Shown: positions 23,900 through 36,219 of the stretch, piece after piece
Layout of the letters: every line of letters starts with the position of its first letter
Position numbering within the stretch: position 1 is the first letter of the stretch
NCBI GenBank assembly: GCA_002104905.1
Contig: MCFE01000179.1
Location: 62,001 to 126,000 of the forward strand
Direction of reading: 5' to 3'
DNA: 64,000 bases
DNA from: Basidiobolus meristosporus CBS 931.73
Lineage: Eukaryota; Fungi; Basidiobolomycota
Translations under genes and position numbers: made by a program
Notes under the pieces: model-generated
The model's input: the letters and a program-made list of their open reading frames with translations, nothing else
Database searches by the model: none
What the model was told of the DNA's origin: nothing

Positions 23900-26579
23900 T
23901 TAACATACCTCTATCATCTCAACTTTGCAATTATTTAGTGTGATACTTGCAAAGTTACCATATACCTTATACTGCTGGTAGCCTATATATCTTGCAAACA
24001 TATGCTTGGTTGTTGCCACTTCTGCCATGAATACCTCCTGAATATCTTCAAAGAACTTCTTGATATTTAGCCAGTATATTCCTTCTCTCTGCAGGATTCT
24101 AGTCCCCCTTATAGGTGCACTCTGGCTTTTGTTTGTGTGAATTCTGTATTGAATGGTGTAGAAGTTGGCTTGTGACCATGAGATATCTGGCATCCCTTGG
24201 TAGGCCTTTCCAAATATAAATTAGTGGCTTGTTGCACCCAACCCACTTTGCATTACTTAACTGATTACCCACGCATTGGGGCTGCTTAGCTTCTCAATGC
24301 CATAGGCATAGGTGTCTCCATGTGCACATTTGTCCTCAGTATTTTCCAATTCTTCCTGGCTGTCCTCCATGTACCAACTCATCACATCCAAGATGGACTT
24401 GAAGGTAATATTTCTGATGAGATTGGGATATGGTAGTACCTTCAACTTGACTTTTCTTCCAATCTCCCCCCACATCTGCTCCATAGGAAACTCCCAAAAG
24501 GTGAAGCAAGGCGCAGTATTCTCCACACACCATGCAAGATGCAGTAGAGAATGGACATAGTAGAGGCAGATCTACATGTTCAGCTTTATGTTTGTAGTAT
24601 AGCCGCTCAAATCCCATCACAAACTCCTCACATAACAGCTGTAGATGTGTCAAGTTGGCATTGTTTGTCTGCTTGTGGATAAATTTTCCTGCAATGTCAA
24701 CATATCACTCCCAATGTTTTTAATGTACTCTTGGTTGGAATGGCTTCAGAACACCATTTGAATAAATGCATATCCAGTTCATTCAGTCAGTGCATTTGTA
24801 TTGTTGCATATGCATATGAATATTGATTGAAGCCTGTAAGAAGTGCTTAGGTTAGTTGATGCTCTATAATATCTTGCCAATTCTTTCAAATTTCTCTGGT
24901 ATCTCAAAGGGCGTATTTAAATTGAGATGCCCCATGTACAAATGGTCATCAGTAGAGAGAATTGCTCAAAAGCAAATGCAATGCTCCCGGTGGAAAGCTT
25001 TGGCTCCAGCAAATATCCTCTATGTTAAGTATCTCTGGTTTCCAATTGATTCCAAATTTGGGCCAATGGCTTTTAGCTTGCCAACTTTGCTGCAACAGCT
25101 TGCTGACTTCTGACCATTCTCTTTGTGGAAAGATGATGTTCTTAGTGCTGGTGTTTGGGTATAAAATTGTGTTTGAGTTATGGATTAATTTGCTAAATCT
25201 CACACATTTGACAGCAACACTATCCATTGCGCCCAGAAAAGCTGGTAATCTTGCTGATGGCTGTAGTATCTCCAATGCAGATGATAATATGCACTTTTGT
25301 ATGATGGCCATTGACTGTTATTCTGCTGGAAAGCATATAAATTCATCCTGCAATGAATACAGGTAGCTATTCAGGTTGGACAGTAATTTGGGCCCAGATG
25401 CTGGTAACACTACCATCAGATTATTGCTCTGATACTGTAAGATGTGCAGCGGATTCAGACTGATAAGAATCAATGGCCCACAGGATTTGCTGGTAGAGTA
25501 CTTGTTTAATGAGAATCCATCAGGAGCTAAAGCAAAGGCGTGGTTATACATACTTTTAGAGTAGGCCTTGCATCTTAGCTGTTTGTAATGTTTGCCACTG
25601 AATATATTGAATATGTTTGTGCTTGGTTGACACCAAGTGCAGTATAATATAGCTTTGCAATATTTGTGAAGCTGCATCAGCTTCCTCAAATAGTGTATAA
25701 CCAGAATATATCTGGAGTGTGAACAATGTTTTCCATCATTAGTGGTGGATTCCTAACAAATTGAACATGTTGCAATTGTAGCATTATTGTATGTGAGTGC
25801 CATGCAACTGCTGACACATGCTGAAATCAGGACAGTCTCTGCATCATATGTAGCCAGCCACATGGTGGTAGCCCACTTGTACCCTATATTTGGTATGTTG
25901 CATCCTGGAATGATTTTTGCAAGATGTAGTAATAAATCCTCAAAGCCCCCATTACTGATGTTAGTGGAAATGCGCCACTTCTCTAGCCACAACATTACAT
26001 CTTTCTCCAGTAAATGGACTACTGGGCTCACTTGGCTCCATAAAGTATCCTTGGCATTTGTTTCAATGGGTGTTGTGACATTGCATATTGGGATTTGATG
26101 GGGCTCATACATGGTACTGCTGTGAGGGGAAATTGGTTCAAAATCCATCAGTGAACCTTCTTTGTCAGAACTATCACTCTGTGTGCCACATTCAGAAGGC
26201 TGTGGTGAGCCTAATGGTATTGCAAACTCACTTGACTCAGTTTGCACAAGGTGACAAAGATGGTCAAGTGCTGATATAGAAGTATCAACTGGCTGGCAAG
26301 GTATTGTTGGTACAATAGTGACTAATGAGTGACCATATATGACTTGGGTGGCAAAACACTGGCTGTGATCCTTGTAATACTTCCTACGCTGTGCGCATGC
26401 TTCATGGCTGGGAGGCTTACCCCAATAGCCCCATGGTCTTTTTTCTCTTCTCTTACAGTGTTGAGTCAAAGTAGTCTTGTCCATTGGGCAAACAGTTTGA
26501 CCTTCAACAATTTAGCGCTACTATATCACTTTTTGACCCATACTCATGTGAACTTAGGACATTCTTGTATTTGAGACAT
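23900..26579 (-). pseudogene. Most complete family A transposase (Tnp2/Transposase_21, CACTA/CMC-like), disrupted
   Basis: N-terminal Cys cluster (ISACVSSCM...CSIC); NIFSGKHY...FALAPDGF...SCGPLILISLNP...GPK..NLNSYL..LQDEF (Transposase_21 core); C-terminal FWEFPMEQMWGEIGRKVK...PYPNL. The highest CpG retention of the copies. Confidence 0.8.
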
Positions 26580-26774
26580 TGCACCTACATGAATGTAAGA
26601 TTCAATGATGACCTGCCATAGTAAGCATTTTAAATAATGTTGTGGCACCACATACACTTGTATTTGCAACACCTCTTCCACTTTGGTTAGACTCACTTTC
26701 ATATATAGGCTGACAAAAATAAAGCAAAGTCATCTGGTTCCCAACCAAACCCCACCGCCAATGGCAACAGTAAA

Positions 26775-27689
26775 ATGGTTGGACAACAGCTTACTTTGAC
26801 ATTCAGTGCAACAAGCAGGGTTACATCAAGAAAAGGCCCTGTGGACAGTGTGCCAATTGAAGGTAATAAGGCAGACTCCTCAGGCTCTCAGCCAAGTAGG
26901 CATTTGAGAATCTCTGAAGAGCCACAAGCTGACTTTTCTGCTCAGGCAGATGAGAATGTGGCAAATGCGGTACCCTCAGGTGAAGACCTGCAAATGGCTG
27001 TTATAACATCACCACCACAAATATTAGCAAGTATGTTATCATCTCATACCAAAGCATTTGTGAAGCAATTAGGTGCAGTGGTTGATAGGATTAAAGCAAT
27101 GCCCCAGAGAAATTAGCAAATAGTCCAGAAACAGGATGAGTGGATAATACTTGTAGAGCAATCAATATCTCAGGTAGAGAAAGCAGTGTCTTTGCTGCAA
27201 AGAAGGAACTCAAGTGGCTCAATGTTGCAACCAAGAATTGAGCCATTTCCCAATGTAACAGCAGAGAAGCACCATACTGGCTTTGAAGCACAACAACAGT
27301 GCCCAAAAATAAAGCCCACAGAAAAGCCTATCACAGCATTGCAAGGAGACAATGTGGTGTTTATACTAAAGCCTAAAAATCAAAAGACATTGCAGATTTG
27401 TGCAGCCAATGAGTGTAATAATAAAGAATTGTGTATGAGCAGATTTTATCAAGGAAAATACCTAGTTCATTACACAAAGCACTCAGACAAAATAGCAGTG
27501 AAAGACCTAGCAGTGATGAAGGAAAAGGTAAAGGGAAAAATGTCCACCCAAGTCTGAGACAGGGAAGCTTGCAAAAAAGCTGTAGTTCTTGCCAATTCAA
27601 ACCACAAGCCTGGAACAGACTGAATGCCATCATTGGCAAGAAGAATTACCAACAAGAAAACAGATCAAAGTACCTCTTAGTCATGGGAC
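26775..27689 (+). pseudogene. Family A ORF2 (unknown function), divergent from the transposase, internally deleted
   Basis: MVGQQLTLTFS... starts 195 bp from the transposase ATG; homologous to all other ORF2 copies. Confidence 0.6.
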
Positions 27690-28016
27690 TGCTGAAATAA
27701 GTAGGAGTCCACCTAATTATTAATAAATTATGAACTAGCTCTTTGTTAAAATGACATATTTCAGAACATTAACTTAGAAATTAGTTTTTAATATTTTTGT
27801 AGATTATTAGAAATTAGTGTAGTACTGAATTTTAGGAAAATTTGAAGCTGATCTAAATAAGCTGAAACTTGGCACATGTACTCCTGAGACTCCCCTGATA
27901 ATGAACAAAAAGCTACATTTATGTAGTTCTGCAATTTGATAAATAAACAAGTGAATATCATGTAAATCTTCCAATTCTCCATTTCACTTCCAATATCCCT
28001 CTCTAATATTTCAACA
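27690..28016. mobile_element. Solo LTR (327 bp, third copia-type family)
   Basis: TGCTGAAAT...ATTTCAACA with perfect 5-bp TSD GGGAC (27685-27689 and 28017-28021). Removal restores the ORF2 sequence seen at 38475-38500. Confidence 0.9.
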
Positions 28017-28059
28017 GGGACTTTAACTTTGTGACAACCTTTTGACAGGATCATTTCAA

Positions 28060-29900
28060 TATTTTTTAATAGGGAAGCTGTTGGCCAACTGTTCTTCTTC
28101 TGTTGTTAACAGTGGGACTTGGTTAGGAACCAGACAACTTTCCTTTATTTTTGGCAGCATATATATGGAAGTGAGTCAAAACAAAGGGGAAACAGTGTTA
28201 CATATACATGTGTATGTGGTGACACATCTTTATTTATAATGCTTACTATTGCAGGTCATAATTGAATCTTTCATTCATATAGGTGCAATGCCTTAAATAC
28301 AAGACTGTATCAAAGTCACATGAATATTGACAAAAAAGCAATATAATAGTGTTACATTGTTAAATGTCAAACTGTTTACCCTATTGAGAAGACTACTTTG
28401 ATTCAGTGATGTAAAAGAAGAAAAAAAGACCATGTGGCTGCTGTATGAAGCCTCTCAGCCTTTAAGCACACAGACAGCATAGGAAGTATTTATACACTGT
28501 TACACCAGCATCTGCCCATACTTGTCAACTTGGGCAAACTAAGTTAGGAGAGTGTGTAATGCCTTTAGGCTTATCCCAGCCTTTGGAATATGACATGTGC
28601 AGTGATAGCTCTGAAGAAGCAAGCTCACTGATGGATTGTGAGCCCATCTTCCCTAACTATAGTACCGTGCATGAGGCTGGCAAGATCCCATTATGCAATG
28701 ACACAACACTAGCCAAAAAATGCTAAGGATACTTTATGGAATCAATTGAATCGTGCAATCCATCTACTGGTGAATGATTTGATGTTGTTACTGGTGAATT
28801 GGGGTGTTTCCATTAATATCGGTAATGTGGGCTAGGAGGATTTATCACTACTTCTTGACAAGATCATCCTGGGATGCAACTTACCAGGTACATTGTTATA
28901 AATCAAAAATCAGCATGCATCTGGCATCACATGACCCGTAGACAGTCTGGTACCAGCAGGTGTTGACAATTGTATGGTGTTTACATCAGAAAATGCCACC
29001 ATTGCAAGGTGTTCAACTTGTCACAAATCCACCACTATTGGGGAAGACATTGTTCACACACTGGATATATTCTGGTAATACCCCATAAAAAGAAGCACAT
29101 GCAGTCCTGCAAATATTGTGATGCTATAACATGCCACAATTTGTAGCAATAAGGCACAATCATATCAGATAGGTTTCATGGCAAACCTTACAAACAGCTA
29201 TGAAGTAAGGGCTACTTGGAAGGTATGTATAACCACACCTTTGCTTTAGCTCCTGATGGATTCTCATTAAACAAGTACTCTACCAGTAAATCCTATGGGC
29301 CATTGATTCTTATCAGTCTGAATCTGCTGCACATCTTACAGTATGTATGACTGAGTCTTTGCCTTGGCATGATGGATTCTCATTAAGCAAGTACTCTACC
29401 GGCAAATCCTGCTAGCCACTGATTCTTGTCAACCTGAATATGCCATATATCTTATGGTATTGGAGCAACAATCTGATGGTGGTCTCACTGGTATCTGGAC
29501 CTAAATCACCATCCAACCTGAACAGCTACCTTTATCAACTGTTAGATGAGTTTTGTATGCTTTCCAGCAGAATAACAGTAAATGGCTGTCATGTAAAAGG
29601 ACATATTATTATTTATGTTAGTGATACCCCAGCCATGAGCACAATAGCAGGTTTTTCTGGGCATAATTGACATTATTGCTGCCAAATGTGTGAGATCTGA
29701 GGGACTTACTATATGGATATTGTTGAAAAGCAAATGCAATGCTCCCAATGGAGAGTGCTTGCCCCAACAGATACCCTCTATTCTAGGAATCTCCAGTGTC
29801 AGATTAGCCACATATTCCAGGCAATTGCTTATAGCTTGCCAACCTTGCAGCATTGCATGAAAACTTCTGTGTGTTCTCATTGTGGGAAAATGCTGTACTT
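28060..29900 (+). mobile_element. Family A transposase copy (plus, ATG ~28288), degenerate
   Basis: Aligns to the reverse complement of 25.0-26.7 kb; GPKSPSNLNSYLYQLLDEF at 29.5 kb. Confidence 0.75.
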
Positions 29901-30482
29901 AGTGTTGGTGTTTGGGTGATAATATCATGTGCATGACATATGGAGTAAGTCCCCTGAATCTCACAGATTTGACAGCAATACCGCCCATTGTGCCTATAAA
30001 AGCCAGCTATCTTGTTGATGAGAGGGGTATCTCCAATGCAGATGATAATACGCACTTTGACATAACTGCCATTTACTGTTATCCCACTGGAAACTACTCA
30101 AAATTCAGACCGCAATGATATAGGTAACTTTCCAGGCTGGATGGTAGTTTAGGCTCAGACACTAGTGAGACAACCATCAGATTTCTGCTCTGATACCTTA
30201 AGATAGGAGGCAGATTTAAGTTGATGAGAATCAGTGGCTAGCAGGATTTGCTGGTACAGTATTTGTTTAATGAGAATCCATCAAGTGCTAAAGCAAAGGC
30301 ATGGCCATACATGACTTCATAGTAGCCCTTGCTTCTTTGCTGTATGTAATGTTTGCTATCAAACATATTGGAAATGACTGCACTTGATTGATATTGGGTG
30401 CAATACTTTATAGCTTCCCAATATTAGTTGAACTGCATAAGCTACTTTTGATGGGATATTACTAGAATGTAGCTGGAGTATG
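29900..30482 (-). mobile_element. Family A transposase fragment (minus), abutting the plus copy in inverted orientation
   Basis: Aligns to 25.15-25.7 kb. Confidence 0.7.
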
Positions 30483-30484
30483 TA

Positions 30485-33046
30485 TAAATATTCTCCTAAC
30501 TTAGGCCAGCCCCTTCAAGTACTACAGAATACTGACCAAATTTCTTTTTGGTATTTACTTGGAATATTTTCACTAAAATATCAGGTACCCTGAACATGAA
30601 AATGCTCAAAGTTGTTCAAACAGCCCCAACCTGTGCACACATGTACTTGGAACCTTTCTGAACCTATTTTTTGTGCCACTATACTAAGACTATGTAAAGG
30701 TATAAATACTACTTTTGCATACTATAAATTCCTAAATAAATCTACTTAAATCACAGGTTCTCACAGACATGTCCAATATATGCTACTATGATGCTGCTGG
30801 GAGATGAAACTGCAAATCTAATTAATAGAATTACCCTGCTAGTGGATGAGATAATATCTGTGGTTATTCCAACTACTGATGAGGATGTGATAGTAATCAT
30901 CCTGATTAGCCTGAACAACCGGTTTTAGGGCCATGTATCCACCCTGGAGTCCAGAGCTGAATATTTGACTTGATTATGTATATGGAAGACCTCGGGATGA
31001 GAATTTCAAGAATCAAGTGGAAATAAGAAGGAAGAAGAAAATGCTTTAATACAGAATAACAACTAACAAAGGTGATACCCAAGACCTGCTGAAGGCAAAA
31101 GCAACCAGTTTAGCAACTACCACAAGAGGAAAGGATGCACATCAGATCAGTGCTTGAAAAAGTGAGATAGGCGGCAGAAAAAGCCAGAATAATGAAATGC
31201 TGCAACAACAGAGGACAGACTATTCATATCTGCATCAGATATGACTACCAACAAGGCTTCTCAGACATGGTAAATTGACTCAGGAGCATCTCAACACCAA
31301 TATACACCAAAAAGAACTTTTTACCCTTTATCAAGAAATTCTAATCAAGAAGGTTTTCATGGGTGACAATAGTACACTTGATGCAGTGGGGGAACAAACT
31401 ATCCAAATAAACCTCAGAAACAGTGAAGGAAGCCATAGACTGACCATTGGAGAAGCACTCTATGTACCAGAAATAGCCAAGAACATATTTCACACTCTGT
31501 GGCCAAGTATAGGTTCACTTGGCCTCTCTGGCACACTATGGTATCATTTGGCACTCATGGCTTAATGTGGCACTATCCAACAGAACAAGTCTTTTATATA
31601 GACTCAAACAATCACTGAGAGCCTGGAGTTGCAAAATAGATTCTAATCTGGAATCTTTGAGTTTCAAGAGGAGCAATGCTGACTATTGCATGTACTATAA
31701 GACAAATTGAGCAAATCCAGTTCTATTAGCTCTGTATGTCAATGATCTTATTGAAGCCACCAATAACCTATAAGTAGTGGGAGAGATTAAATCCAGCCTC
31801 TCTAAGGTGTTGAAAATGTCTGATCTAGGAGAACTCAGTTACTGCTTAGCAATAAAGTTTGTCATAGACAGAGGTACCCAGACTAACACCCTAAACTAGT
31901 TCAGGTATATTCAAGATATACAAAAGAAGTACTAAGTGGAAGACTGTAATCCAGCAGCTACCCCTATAGAGACAAATCTCAACTTGGTCAATACTCAACC
32001 AAATCAAGAGATTGGTGCCATCTGAGAGCCTTGACTTTCCTTATCAATCTATGATTGGCAGTCTGATGTATATGATGCTTGGAACATGTCCGGATATCTC
32101 ATCTTCAGCCGGAGTTGTCAGCCTGTATAATCAGAGCTATTGATCTGATCATGTTGCAGCACTTTAGTGAATTTTCAGATGCCTAAGAGGAACTGTTGAA
32201 ATCTGCTTAAGATACAATTATGAGAATTCAGAATAGAATCTTATTGGATACTCTGATGCTGATTGGGGACAAAATTTGGAAGATAGAAGATCAACTGATG
32301 GACACACCTTTCTTTACTGTAAAGCAGCAATTTCATCAAACTCAAGAAAGTAGCCAACTGTAGGACTCTCTACCATGGAGGCTATAAAAGGAGCAATTTG
32401 GCTAAGGAGGCTTCTTGAGGATTTAGGCTTATGTCAAAAAACACTATTATATTATTTCAAGATAATCAAATATTTATACAATTAGTCAGAGATCCAACTT
32501 TTCATGCTAGGACTAAGTACGTAGATATTAGATACTACTTGAAATGTGAAGCTAAAGAGAACAGCTTAGTTAACTTAGATAACTCTCCTACAGATGAATA
32601 ATTGCAGGCATATTTACTAAACCATTAGTTAGCAATAAGTTTGAATATCTTAGGTCAGAATTTGCTAGTCACTATGAGCATTTAGTTTTGTAGGAGTGTG
32701 GTAGAAATTTGTAAATCCACTTAAATATGTGCCTAACTTAGTCACCTAACGCACCACCTTCAAGTCCTAAAGAATACTGACTGAAATCTTGTTGGGATTT
32801 ACTTAGAATATTTTCACCATAATATCAGGTACCCAAAACATGAAAATTTTCAAAATGTTGTCCAAACAGCCCCATACTGTACACACATGTTTTTGAGACC
32901 TTACTAAGCCTATTGTATACGTCTTTTAGGCTCAATCCATGTAAAAGTATAAATACTACTTATAAATGCAATAAGCCATTAGGTCAACACAGCATAGTCT
33001 AATTGTTCTCCCAATCACTTCCAATATCTCCAGGACTCTGAGAACA
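30485..33046 (+). mobile_element. Heavily deleted copia family 1 element (copy 3)
   Basis: Truncated 5' LTR ~30485-30760; gag, PR, RT and RH remnants; PPT then 3' LTR 32697-33046. No matching TSD (left junction deleted). 31485-31591 is a TIR-element end. Confidence 0.85.
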
Positions 33047-33975
33047 TCATCAAGTATGTTGTCAGCTCATACCAAAGCATTAATGAGCCAATTAGGTGCA
33101 GTGGCTGACAGGACAGATACAATGGCCCAGAAAATTCAGGGATTAGTCTGAACACAGGATGAGTGGATCAAAGGTGTAGAGCTATCAATACACCCGGTAA
33201 AGAAAGCAGTATCTTTTCTACAAGAAATGAACTCAAGTAGCTCAGTGTCACATCTAAGAATTGGGCCATTTCTCAATGCCACTGCAGAGGAACGCCACAC
33301 AGTCCTTGAAGCATGTCAATAGTGCCCAAAGATATAGTACACAGAAAAACCTATCAAAGCATGGGAGGGAGAAAATGTCTGTTAATAATACAGCCCACAA
33401 ATCAAAAAAGACACTGATGATATGTGAATCCTTTGGGTGAAATAATGAAGAATGGACTAATATTCAAGATGCTGTTAGAAGTCCAGCATGCCAACACCTT
33501 AGGGCCGGCATACTATGGTATAATTGGGAACTCAAGGCCAAGCAGAACATGCTTGACTTCTTCCATGAGCATTATACTGAACTCAAACAAGCAAACAGAT
33601 TTTGGGGCAGTGTTGGCATGCTAAGAAAGGATCTCAAGAGTAGCAGACACTATCAAAGGCATAAGAACCAGGAAACAGTTGCTGAAAACCAGTAGTATCC
33701 TGAAGAGCCAGTTATAAGCAGAGCCAAAAGCTCAAAACAAGCATCAAAGAGATATCAGGTAGCTGGAAGAGAGCCTGGAAGGACAAAGCAGCCAGAAACA
33801 TATGTACTAGTATTACATTCATCAAGGAAAAAGTGTAGGCCCACTCAAGAAGTACTCAGTCAAAGGAATAGTGAAGGACCTGACCATGATAAGCACCAGC
33901 AGTCTCTAAGTCCATAAGTAATTTTTGCAGCCATATAGCCTTCTAAGTTGCTTGACAAGCAGCCATGTATTCAGC
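33047..33975 (+). mobile_element. Family A ORF2 fragment
   Basis: Aligns to 27.0-27.5 kb and 39.35-40.2 kb. Confidence 0.7.
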
Positions 33976-34950
33976 GTCAGTTTAGATAGGGCCACAGTTG
34001 GTTGTTTCTTGCAATTCCAAGTGATAGCTGCACCAGCATAAAGAAATGCATACCTAGTGGTAGAATGTTTGTCAATTGGATCCCAACCCCAATTGGAATC
34101 ACAATAACCATCAAGTTTTGGCCTATTAGCTGCTCTGAATACCCCAGTATCATATTTGTGGTTTCATATAGATATCTGAAAATCCACTTAACTGCTGTAA
34201 TATGATCTGATCCATAATTCTGCATGAGTTGACCTACTCTTCCAACTGTCAGTGCAATATCAGTAAATGTAGACACCATCAAGTACATCAGGCTGCCAAC
34301 TATTGACTGATAGGGAAACTTTTGGTCCATATTTGATACATTTGTGCCTACAACTGGCTGGGAGTTAGACACTTCTGGATGCATTGTTCATAGGGGTAGC
34401 GCAGAATTGCAGCTTTTCATATTGAAGTGTCTGAGAATGTCCACAATGTACATAGACTGATTCAGCACAATTTCTGCATAGGTATGTCAAATATGACTTC
34501 AATTCTAAGAAAATAGCTCAATTTCCAAGATCTTTCATGTCAAACTTGCTGAAGGGATCTGATTTTGTCTGTTTAAGTACCTCCTGGTCACTGGTAGTTA
34601 TTACTAGGCTGTCCACATTAAGAACTAGGATGATCATACCCTTTTTAAGCTACTCCACATATATACTGTGATCTGCAGTGCTGCAAATGAACCAAATCTC
34701 CTCTAGATATGTGTCTTTGCTGTTGTACCATGCTCTAGGCACCTGCTTAAGCCCCTATAACAATTTCCTAAGTCTGCACATATATGGGGGCCTTTTAGAT
34801 TGGTAAATGTTCTGGTTGCTCTATATATATAGTTTCTTGCAAATCCCCATTTAGAGAGGGTGTTTTTTTGTCCATTTGGTGTAGATCCAGACAGTGTACA
34901 GCTCCTAGGGCTAGAACTGTCCAAATGGAGTTACACTTGACAACCAGAAC
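33976..34950 (-). pseudogene. copia family 2 RT/RNase H fragment
   Basis: PYQSIVGSLMYLMVST...YGSDHITAVKWIFRYL; nucleotide match to the reverse complement of 21.95-22.92 kb. Confidence 0.85.
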
Positions 34951-35289
34951 AATCTCTCCCTTTAGAGTATTGGAAGCCCTGGAGGTATCTTGTTGACATT
35001 TTTGTGGTGTTTATTCAGAAGCAGATCACCAATGCCAGTTTGGTACACCTACAGGCTTTATGCAAGAAGTACTACATGGCATTCAAACAGCAATACTACA
35101 AGCATAAACCTGATTGTGTAGCTCTCTGCTGTTACTGTATCAATTCTCTACTCCATCTTGCTTAGTGTGTGGTGAATACTTGATCTTCCTTCACCTCTAG
35201 AGAGTTTCCTATAGAGCAGATATAGGGGAAACAGGGAGAGAATTAAAGTTGCAAACACTATCATTCCCCAATTTTATTACAAATATCAC

Positions 35290-35890
35290 CTTTTAGAAAC
35301 AATTGCACCCTAGTTTCCACAAAAAATCAAGTCAGAGTTTTTCATCAGAACATTGCATAAGAGGCTTTTAATTGGTTGTCTGCCAATTATCTTAGGTTCT
35401 GATTGCAGACCCTCAATCACCTTCAAAATCTGTGTACATTGTGTGGCAATTGCCTCTTTTTCACACACCACCCTTCCTGATTCAAATACTGCTCTTATAT
35501 CTCATCCATAAAAATTAGTTTATTTCCTTTCAATGGTGGGTTGCAACTCAAATTCATGCTGCACCAACCTATACCAGTCCCAATATCCAACACTAACATT
35601 ATGCCCAATCCTACACTCAACAAGTAACTTCATTAAAATCCACAATTCAAGAAGTACTTCTGTCAAAACACCCTTTGCCATAGCTTTGGTGGGAACCCCA
35701 CAGCTTATGAATTATTCACCTACTGGTTCCTATACATCCTATTCTTCAGCCAGTACTGCAAGGTTAAAAACCACATCAACCAGTCTTTGCAATATATTTT
35801 TGCAATATTCAAGTGTGGTGTCTTAGGCACTGCTCTTGAAGAAGTGCTGCAACCATTTGCTGTACCTATTATTGCCCCAACACTTTATTA
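35290..35890 (-). mobile_element. Family A ORF2 C-terminal fragment
   Basis: Aligns to 16250-16830. Confidence 0.65.
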
Positions 35891-36219
35891 TACCTTATAA
35901 CAAGCAATTAGTTCTTGTAGGTGAGTCCAATCCAGATAAGCCATCAGGATTCTATAATGAGTCTCTTATAATCTGGCAATTTGAAATTATTGATCCTCCA
36001 TACAATCCTATGACAGGATTGTTCCCATGATTTGCTTTTTCACTGCTAAAAAATGCTAAATATTTTACAGTACGTTAGCAGTTGTTTAGCAAGAATAGCA
36101 TGGCATTCTAATAGTCTTGATGTGCTCTACAGTATTTGAGATCCCCTAATTGGCCAATACATCCTATTGCCATATATGCAAAGCAGCTTGATGGTGCTCT
36201 GACAGCCTCATTCCATGCA

